Origin: a virus
Lineage: Duplodnaviria; Caudoviricetes
Virus record (IMG/VR): IMGVR_UViG_3300001528_000259
Span: 32,001-96,000 of that record
Length of the DNA stretch: 64,000 bases
Strand: one strand, 5' to 3'
The notes under the pieces are model-generated. The model was not told the DNA's origin. It was given only the letters and a program-made list of their open reading frames with translations, and did not search any database. Below, piece by piece: positions 27,539 to 34,479 of the stretch. Numbering within the stretch: position 1 is the first letter of the stretch; each line of letters starts with the position of its first letter. The position numbers were made by a program, and so were the translations under genes.

Positions 27539-28099
27539 ATGGAAGAACAAAAATATTTCTATAATTCAATAATAGTAAAATTGGTTTGCGTAATTATATT
27601 TCTCATAATAATCATAATCGCAATTCCAAAGAAACCAGAAACGATTGAGACTATCAAAGAAATTGAAAAAGAAGTTATAGTTGAGGTTCAAAAAGAGCCA
27701 ACCTATGCATACAATATAACATCCGCAGAGCGTGAAATGCTTGCAAGATTAGTATATCGTGAAGCAAACACAGAAAGTCTTGAATGTCAAATGGCAGTTG
27801 TGTCGGTCGTAATCAACAGATGGCAAGATCAAAGATGGGGAGGCACTATAGAAGAAGTTATATATTCGCCTTATCAATTTACGCCTGCAAATTTACTATA
27901 TCAAACAACACCAACAGAATTAAACTACACAGCAGTAGATTTAGTACTGCAAAATGGTTCAATCTTGCCACCATATTGTTTATATTTTCGAGCCGATAAG
28001 CACTTCGACTGGATAGATTATGAACCATATACACAAATAGACTACACTTGTTTCGGTTATGTTCAAGAGGATGTGGAAAAATGCAAAAAAGATCTATAA
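27539..28099 (+). CDS. SleB/CwlJ-like cell wall hydrolase with N-terminal membrane anchor
   Basis: Hydrophobic N-terminus; LARLVYREA, AVVSVVINR, YQF and LYF motifs. Confidence 0.88.
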   Translation: MEEQKYFYNSIIVKLVCVIIFLIIIIIAIPKKPETIETIKEIEKEVIVEVQKEPTYAYNITSAEREMLARLVYREANTESLECQMAVVSVVINRWQDQRWGGTIEEVIYSPYQFTPANLLYQTTPTELNYTAVDLVLQNGSILPPYCLYFRADKHFDWIDYEPYTQIDYTCFGYVQEDVEKCKKDL

Positions 28100-28266
28100 C
28101 TATTTCGGTTCCACCGACTACAACTTCAGAAGAAATTGCAAAAATCAGAGAACAATTCAAACAGGACGAAACTATGAAAGACTGCCGACTGAATATATTA
28201 ATTAGCGGCAACGAAAAATTTCAAGAAAATTTATATAATTTTGTAAAGACTATGGTAAATCCATAG
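28081..28266 (+). CDS. Small hypothetical protein upstream of the recombinase (possible directionality factor)
   Basis: 61-aa ORF. The function guess rests on position only. Confidence 0.5.
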   Translation: MQKRSITISVPPTTTSEEIAKIREQFKQDETMKDCRLNILISGNEKFQENLYNFVKTMVNP

Positions 28267-28278
28267 TCTTTTATGCTA

Positions 28279-28310
28279 CAATAATGTTATAAGAAAAAAC
28301 AATAATGTTA
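28279..28310 (+). repeat. Direct repeat CAATAATGTTA x2 (21-bp period) in the recombinase promoter/RBS region
   Basis: Copies at 28279-28289 and 28300-28310; the first overlaps TGcTACAAT (extended -10). Confidence 0.75.
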
Positions 28311-28327
28311 AAAAAGGAGAACGCATT

Positions 28328-30352
28328 ATGATAGAAAATAAAATTGTTGTAGCATACCTAAGACTATCCGTTGATGACGGAGATGATAAAGAAAGTTCAA
28401 GTATTAGTAATCAAAGAAAGATTATTGAACAATATGCTAAAGAAAATGGACTAATTATATCTAAATTTTATATAGATGACGGGTATAGTGGATATAAAAT
28501 GGAAAGACCTGCCTTTGACCAATTAAGATATGATTTAAATCATGATAAAGTAGATGTAATAATTGTAAAAGATTTATCAAGACTTGGAAGACATAGCGCC
28601 AAAGTGCAATTATTCTTAGAAAATATATATAATGTAGGAAAAAGAATTATTACTATTGGAGATAATTACGATACAGATAAAGAAGAAACTCATTCAATGG
28701 CGGGTATTTACGCTTGGGTAAATGAAATGCAAGTTAAAAACACGTCAAGAAAAGTTAGAGATAGTTTGCACGCATTACAAAGAGAAGGTAAATTACTTTG
28801 TAATGTTCCTTACGGATATTATAAAGATGATAAAGATAAAACAAAGTGTCACGTCGATTATACTATCGCTCCATATGTACAACAAATCTTTGATATGTAT
28901 GCTAATGGAATGGGCGTTAAAGAAATAGCTAGAGTGTTATCTGAAAGCAACATACCAACGCCAACTATGGTTAAAAAACAAAGACAAGAGACAGAAGGTC
29001 AAATAAGTAAAATAAAAGTAAGTGGCATTTGGGACACTAGTGTTATTATCAAGATATTAAAAAATGAATTCTACCTTGGGACATTGGTGCTTAACAAAAC
29101 AAAAACAAGGTCAATTAGAGGGAAAAAAGTTAACACAGATCCCGAAGAACATTTAAAATTCGAGGATCATCATGAAGCAATTATAGATGCACAAACGTTT
29201 AAGTTGGTACAAGATCTTAGAACAAGTCGAAGATGCAATCATTTCAGAGGAAAGAAAAGTAAGGTAAGGAAAAACTTATTCGCAGGAATAATCTATTGTG
29301 CAGATTGTGGAGCACTTTTGACTACATCGGGAGCAACAGCGAATACGAGATACATATGCAAAACATATAATGTTTTTGGCACAAGCAAATGTACTAATCA
29401 CGCTATTATGGAAAACGACATATTAGAAGTTCTGTTTGACTTGCTGAAAGATTGTAGAGACAACTTGCAAGATGTCTTAGTCGATATAAATAATATCATT
29501 CATGCAGAACTTAAAGCAAGGGGTAAGAAAGAAAACAATGAGCTTGACCTTGTTAAAATGTTAGACAATAGTAAAAAAGCATTAGAAGTTCTGATCGAGA
29601 TGAAAATGAAAGAAATTGTAAAGAACCCGACAATGGCAGATATTATCGATAAAACGTACAATGAAATGCAAAACGAAAAGTATAAAGAAATTAGAATGCT
29701 GGAACAACAAATTGCAGATCAACAAGATATAGACATAGACGAAAAGCAATTAAAGGATGATGTTAATGCAGCCCTGACTATCATCAATAAAGTATTAACA
29801 AGTGGAGAGATTACGAAAAAGCAAATATTAATGTTAGTAGATAGATTAGTTGTGTATGAAGACAGTGGAATTGATATATACTTAAAAGGAAACTTACACG
29901 AATTAAGCCAAAATTATTTCAAAGTTAATGAAACAGCAATGAATAAAACGAAAATGTATTTATATGAATATATAGCAAATCATCAAAACAAGTTCACTAA
30001 AGACGAATGTACATTATATGTAAAAGATAAAGGGGTTAAGACTAATTATAAGATTATATCTCGTATAATCAATGAAGAACTTGGTAATATGGTTGAATTA
30101 AGAGAAATGAGGCATGGATATAGGCTAACCGCACCATTACAAGACGTTGAGCGTGTACTGCTTGGTAACATTGTCGTAGGTGCAGAGAAATGTCTGTACT
30201 CCAATAATGTTAAATATGGAAAGCGTATGGAATCTATCGACAATATCGTTAGTAGAAAGAAGAGATTGCCACTCAACAATGTTACATTTGCATTACTTAC
30301 AAAAATCAGCGATTGGACACAAGGATTACAACCACAAAACAACAGATTTTAA
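28328..30352 (+). CDS. Large serine recombinase (resolvase, recombinase and zinc-ribbon domains) with extended C-terminus
   Basis: YLRLS, DDGYSG..RP, KDLSRLGR, PYGY, NEFYLG, HEAII and CADCG..RYIC..C motifs. Confidence 0.93.
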   Translation: MIENKIVVAYLRLSVDDGDDKESSSISNQRKIIEQYAKENGLIISKFYIDDGYSGYKMERPAFDQLRYDLNHDKVDVIIVKDLSRLGRHSAKVQLFLENIYNVGKRIITIGDNYDTDKEETHSMAGIYAWVNEMQVKNTSRKVRDSLHALQREGKLLCNVPYGYYKDDKDKTKCHVDYTIAPYVQQIFDMYANGMGVKEIARVLSESNIPTPTMVKKQRQETEGQISKIKVSGIWDTSVIIKILKNEFYLGTLVLNKTKTRSIRGKKVNTDPEEHLKFEDHHEAIIDAQTFKLVQDLRTSRRCNHFRGKKSKVRKNLFAGIIYCADCGALLTTSGATANTRYICKTYNVFGTSKCTNHAIMENDILEVLFDLLKDCRDNLQDVLVDINNIIHAELKARGKKENNELDLVKMLDNSKKALEVLIEMKMKEIVKNPTMADIIDKTYNEMQNEKYKEIRMLEQQIADQQDIDIDEKQLKDDVNAALTIINKVLTSGEITKKQILMLVDRLVVYEDSGIDIYLKGNLHELSQNYFKVNETAMNKTKMYLYEYIANHQNKFTKDECTLYVKDKGVKTNYKIISRIINEELGNMVELREMRHGYRLTAPLQDVERVLLGNIVVGAEKCLYSNNVKYGKRMESIDNIVSRKKRLPLNNVTFALLTKISDWTQGLQPQNNRF

Positions 30353-30354
30353 AC

Positions 30355-30379
30355 GGAGCCGCAAGGCTCTTTTCTTTTT
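30355..30379 (+). terminator. Intrinsic terminator ending the left arm
   Basis: GGAGCC-GCAA-GGCTCT followed by a T tract. Confidence 0.8.
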
Positions 30380-30383
30380 GTGC

Positions 30384-30418
30384 AAAAAAATAAGAGCCAC
30401 CATATTTGGTGACTCTTA
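30384..30418 (-). terminator. Intrinsic terminator, minus strand
   Basis: TAAGAGTCACC...GGTGGCTCTTA followed by T8 on the minus strand. Confidence 0.75.
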
Positions 30419-30421
30419 CTA

Positions 30422-30557
30422 TTACCCATTTAATAACCCCATCAGCAAGTCCCTTGGGTTTGTAGGGGCAACTTGCTCTCTCGTAAACGAAAGCCCTTTT
30501 AGTGGCTCTAATGGTGTCATATCTTGAATGAAGTTGCCGCTATTTATATTCTTGACA
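30422..30557 (-). pseudogene. Orphan 3' fragment resembling a TubZ C-terminus
   Basis: Ends PTNPRDLLMGLLNG*, versus PVTSSRDLLMQFMK* in TubZ; has its own terminator and no RBS. Confidence 0.45.
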
Positions 30558-30611
30558 GTTTGCCAGAAAATTATTCTCGAATGATATAATTTTTGGAATA
30601 ATGAAAAACAC

Positions 30612-30643
30612 AAAAAAATAGAACACCAAGTGGTGTTCTATTT
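30612..30643 (-). terminator. Intrinsic terminator after tubZ
   Basis: AGAACACC-ACTT-GGTGTTCT hairpin followed by a T tract on the minus strand. Confidence 0.8.
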
Positions 30644-31666
30644 CATAAATTGCATCAACAAGTCTCTGCTACTTGTTACGGGCGTTTGAGTGTTTGTTGC
30701 TTGCGTAGGCATAATTGTGTTTAATGCATTAAATGTAATTGAATTCTTAGTTAACAAATTTTCTTTAACAATCTTAGACATACTATTAACTTTATCTTCG
30801 AACCTTTTGATACGTTGAGCTGGCAATTGCAGTCCTGTCAGAATAGCCACCGTAGTTGCCTCAGAATAGCCGATAAAAGTGTCATATGGCACACCAAATT
30901 CTTTCTCTAAGGAAGTAGTTAGGAAAGATTTGTTTGAGGTGGAAATGCCCAAGTACATTAAAGTTTTGGACTCTATATCGGCATATATTCCGTTTCTAAG
31001 ACCACTTATAACATCAGTAACCGTACTCTTGTTTTTGCTTTGCTTGGATAGCACAGCGACTCCTGGAGTAGATAAAAGCGTCTTAATTTCACTCTTATCC
31101 AAATTTCCCATTTGACTGCAGTTATTAATATTTATAAACGCATCCATATCTCTAACAAATTTGTTGTTGATACTGAACTTATCTTCATATTTAGAATTAT
31201 CTAATAGAAACGTTGCACCAAGTCCTTGGATGTTGTTTAACTCAGCAAACGCATTGTAGGCGTTCTCGCAGCTTCGTATGGACTCTTTTGTGTCATCCGG
31301 CATAACTAATGCCATAATAACATTTCGTCCATTCTGAGCCAAGTATGAGGCTATAAAAGTACTTAACCCAGAGCCCGTACCGCCACCCAATGACGAACAT
31401 ATCAAAATATATTTTTCTTTAAGAATAGAAGTGATGTTTTCTATAATTTCATCAATAGATTGTGCGGCAAGTCGTAATATTGCCTGCCTGTCTTTCGATG
31501 CCCCTTCACCGTTTCTAATATGGATGCGATGCTTTGCATTTTTAATTGAATTGAGATCTTCGATAGAACTATTAACATATGCCACATTATATCCAAGTTC
31601 CTCAAATCCATGCGCTATGTTAGAGCCTGCCGCTCCAAGTCCTAAAACTGATATCTGTTCTTTCAT
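30638..31666 (-). CDS. tubZ: Tubulin/FtsZ-family GTPase (TubZ/PhuZ-like)
   Basis: LGLGAAGSNI, GASKDR, SLGGGTGSG (tubulin signature), LDN and NLDKSE motifs. Confidence 0.88.
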   Translation of the reverse strand: MKEQISVLGLGAAGSNIAHGFEELGYNVAYVNSSIEDLNSIKNAKHRIHIRNGEGASKDRQAILRLAAQSIDEIIENITSILKEKYILICSSLGGGTGSGLSTFIASYLAQNGRNVIMALVMPDDTKESIRSCENAYNAFAELNNIQGLGATFLLDNSKYEDKFSINNKFVRDMDAFININNCSQMGNLDKSEIKTLLSTPGVAVLSKQSKNKSTVTDVISGLRNGIYADIESKTLMYLGISTSNKSFLTTSLEKEFGVPYDTFIGYSEATTVAILTGLQLPAQRIKRFEDKVNSMSKIVKENLLTKNSITFNALNTIMPTQATNTQTPVTSSRDLLMQFMK

Positions 31667-31667
31667 A

Positions 31668-31919
31668 TTATTGTACCTCCTTCAAAAGCGCAATCCCTAA
31701 TTGTGTGATATAGTGAGTGTTGAATTTGCCATCTTTAATACCTTGTGCAATATAACCGCCGTGGTTTAAAAAACTAATCGCTCTATGCAGAGTAGCATAG
31801 CTTTTCCCAAGCGGACAAAAACGCTCAATTTCCTCATTTGTAATTGCGGTAGCAATTGATGTCGCCTGTGACTTTCCTAAAATTGACAATAAAATCAAAT
31901 GTGTTCTGTTAAGTTCCAT
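31668..31919 (-). CDS. Winged-helix DNA-binding protein (TubR-like)
   Basis: HTH SYATLHRAISFL with wing GYIAQGIKDG..HYIT..G; directly upstream of tubZ. Confidence 0.7.
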   Translation of the reverse strand: MELNRTHLILLSILGKSQATSIATAITNEEIERFCPLGKSYATLHRAISFLNHGGYIAQGIKDGKFNTHYITQLGIALLKEVQ

Positions 31920-31973
31920 TATATTCTCTCCCCTTCTTTCAATTGTAATCAATTGTGTTCAAAATCTATCCTA

Positions 31974-32034
31974 ATCATACTATTACATATATTAATTGTC
32001 AACACTTTTGATATCAAAAATTTTATGTTATAAT
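31974..32034. promoter_or_regulatory. Divergent promoters for tubR-tubZ and the RHH gene with a 14-bp palindrome
   Basis: Minus strand: TTGACA (32002)-17-TATGAT. Plus strand: TGtTATAAT at 32026-32034. Palindrome TTTTGATATCAAAA at 32006-32019. Confidence 0.7.
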
Positions 32035-32049
32035 ATAAAAGAGGTGAAT

Positions 32050-32202
32050 ATGATGAAAAAAGAACCAACTCAAACAATGACAATTAGAGTGCCGATGAGT
32101 TTACATTTGCAATTACAAATGGCGGCACACAAAGATAGTAGAACCGTTAACAGTTTGGTTAATAAAATTTTGAATGAATATGTTGAAAAGCGAAAAAAAT
32201 GA
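32050..32202 (+). CDS. Arc/ribbon-helix-helix DNA-binding protein
   Basis: TMTIRVPMSLH..L...A....RTVNSLVNKIL; GAGGTG RBS. Confidence 0.85.
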   Translation: MMKKEPTQTMTIRVPMSLHLQLQMAAHKDSRTVNSLVNKILNEYVEKRKK

Positions 32203-32231
32203 GGTACAGATTAATTTCTGTACCTCATTTT
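32196..32231. terminator. Bidirectional terminator
   Basis: AAAATGAGGTACAGA / TCTGTACCTCATTTT between convergent genes. Confidence 0.8.
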
Positions 32232-32248
32232 TATATTTTAAGATGTGC

Positions 32249-33460
32249 TTACAGTAAATCACTTGGATGCCATAGTGTGTATCCAGCATATTCACCCCAA
32301 AGCGGCTTATGATTTTTACATTTTTTAGCTACCGTATCTGCATTAATACCAAGAAATTTTGCTGTATCATTATGGGATTTAAACTCCATCAATTTAGTAC
32401 CATTTGCGTCGAACAGAAAAACTTCTTTGCAATTATTTTCTCTACATATTTCATAATTACAATCTCTGCAGAATTTATATTTTACCCATTGTCTAATTTC
32501 TATTTCATATGATTTTCCACATTTAGAACAAATCCTCCAAAATTTTTTATGGCTTCTTACATCAACCATATCAGGGGTAATATTTCCATTCCGTGTATAA
32601 TCCCATTGCTTTGCTTTGTCTGGACATTTAACCGCAAGTGAGTTTTTCTTTTTGTCCACAAAGTATTGTTCTTGTATAGTAAATCTGTCTCGTTTTGTAT
32701 CAACATCTATATCAAATTGTAACAACTTAAATAATTCATTGAGTGCCCAATCTAAATCGGGTTCTTTGTGTAATATCGTATTGCCATCAATAAAGTTGTC
32801 ATTACTATCTCCAACAAAAAACAGATCGATTCCTTGTTTTTTAAAGAAATCAACTTTTGTATCGTGTTCTTTATTTCTATGCCAAAAACTACCGTTGTAT
32901 TCAATTCCAATATGTAATTCTGGAAGATAAATATCAAGTTCTTTGCCAAAATCTATATATCTATTATATGTAGGAGTAGCCTGTTTACAGTAAAAATAAA
33001 TTGCCTGTTCGGGAAAACTAGTATGCCTCTCAATTGCACATTGTGGACAACCTCTTTCACCATAACATCTTGACTTTATTTCAGCTGGCCATCTATGAGA
33101 ACATTGACTACATTTCCAGCCAACCTTTTTATGACTACCAGCGGTAATATCTGTTGGAAATAAATCTCGGTTGACTTCATAATCCCATTCCTGTGCAATG
33201 TTAGGATGGGTAGTGGCGAGATCGTTAAATCCACGTAAAACCACATTTCCAGAACAGGCAGGACATCCATGTCCGTGCATTAAATTTTTTGGCTTTGGCT
33301 CCCACTTACGACCATCTATATAATGATCAAATCCACAGACTCTACATCTGCAATAAACACCAATTGAGTGTCCCATATATTGTCCTAACACATCAATATT
33401 TGGTTGTTTAATCTTCATTTTAGAAATAAATGTTTCGTGTGTTGTTTTATGCACACCCAT
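32249..33460 (-). CDS. Zinc-ribbon repeat protein with Vsr-like endonuclease and NUMOD1-like C-terminus (free-standing homing endonuclease-like)
   Basis: NDLATTHP..AQEWDY..N..P...GSHKKVGWKC repeats; ELDIYLPE..IGIEYNG..WH; AAGGAGG RBS before ATG 33460. Confidence 0.8.
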   Translation of the reverse strand: MGVHKTTHETFISKMKIKQPNIDVLGQYMGHSIGVYCRCRVCGFDHYIDGRKWEPKPKNLMHGHGCPACSGNVVLRGFNDLATTHPNIAQEWDYEVNRDLFPTDITAGSHKKVGWKCSQCSHRWPAEIKSRCYGERGCPQCAIERHTSFPEQAIYFYCKQATPTYNRYIDFGKELDIYLPELHIGIEYNGSFWHRNKEHDTKVDFFKKQGIDLFFVGDSNDNFIDGNTILHKEPDLDWALNELFKLLQFDIDVDTKRDRFTIQEQYFVDKKKNSLAVKCPDKAKQWDYTRNGNITPDMVDVRSHKKFWRICSKCGKSYEIEIRQWVKYKFCRDCNYEICRENNCKEVFLFDANGTKLMEFKSHNDTAKFLGINADTVAKKCKNHKPLWGEYAGYTLWHPSDLL

Positions 33461-33568
33461 CTTTAGTTCCTCCTTACAGGTAAAAAACAAAATGAAGTGG
33501 TTAGAGAATGGTAAGGCACTCTCAACGATGATCAGTCGCTGTCCCACCAATCATTTTGTTGTGTAATC

Positions 33569-33596
33569 ATTATATCGCAAATAATCTATTTGTCAA
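33569..33596 (-). promoter_or_regulatory. sigmaA promoter of the endonuclease gene
   Basis: TTGACA-16-TATAAT on the minus strand; CAAAATGATT near +1. Confidence 0.75.
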
Positions 33597-33631
33597 TATG
33601 GATATGACACAATTTACACTTTATTAATATT

Positions 33632-33949
33632 TTATTTTGTATTGATTTTTTTACTTGTAGATACGATTTCGTCTATCATCTTAGATACCGCATCAAGATC
33701 AACTTCATAATCTAGCGTCTTGCTCAGTTGAGTGATGCTATCCATGACATATGCTTTCCTATCCGCCCCATTTTGGTAGTTCTCTTCAGCCTCGGTCATG
33801 AGTTCTAATACAATTGACATAATCTTCCCAAAGTTCTTTTCCTTAATTGCCATCTTAATATATTTAACTAATTGTATAACAAGCGGAATCGCAGTACCAA
33901 GTCCAGCTACAATAGCAAGTATAAGATTTAAAACATCCATAAATTCCAT
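33632..33949 (-). CDS. Putative holin (LL-H-like)
   Basis: N-terminal TM helix; AEE....GADRKAYV pattern; at the end of the tail operon. Confidence 0.7.
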   Translation of the reverse strand: MEFMDVLNLILAIVAGLGTAIPLVIQLVKYIKMAIKEKNFGKIMSIVLELMTEAEENYQNGADRKAYVMDSITQLSKTLDYEVDLDAVSKMIDEIVSTSKKINTK

Positions 33950-33968
33950 AATAACAGCCTCCTTTTAA

Positions 33969-34421
33969 TCATTTTGATGTGTGATAGGCGGGAAACTCTT
34001 GATTATTATAATAATTCATAATAAAATTAAATTCAGTTTCTCCGTCATGATTTTCGTGTAATTTTTCGCTGTATTTTCGATAAATAGATCGAATGTGGTC
34101 CATCTCTTCTGGGTGCAACCTAATTCCTCGACGGCACCTGTTTCCACAAGCAAATAATTCACCACGAATCCTATCAGCTTCATTTTCCAGCACATTTGAC
34201 TTTACACGTGCAAGTTCTTCTTTGATATTTTCGTTATCTTGAAGAAGAAGATCCATTTTATTCGTTACATCATTCATTTTCTCAACCATTTGTGTAAACT
34301 GAGATTTTCTGGACACAGATTCAACAATCCAGTTTCTCAATGGCTTGATAATTGCAACCGCCAAGCCCAATATAGTCGATATACAACCAACTACGGTTGC
34401 AATGTTTTTAAAAATATTCAT
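33969..34421 (-). CDS. Membrane-anchored protein of the lysis cassette (holin-associated)
   Basis: N-terminal TM helix plus coiled coil; Y..Y....NH.G pattern. Confidence 0.65.
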   Translation of the reverse strand: MNIFKNIATVVGCISTILGLAVAIIKPLRNWIVESVSRKSQFTQMVEKMNDVTNKMDLLLQDNENIKEELARVKSNVLENEADRIRGELFACGNRCRRGIRLHPEEMDHIRSIYRKYSEKLHENHDGETEFNFIMNYYNNQEFPAYHTSK

Positions 34422-34479
34422 GAGCGTTTACCTCTATATCATAATGTATTTTTTGTTCTGCTCAGAGGTTCTTTTATTT

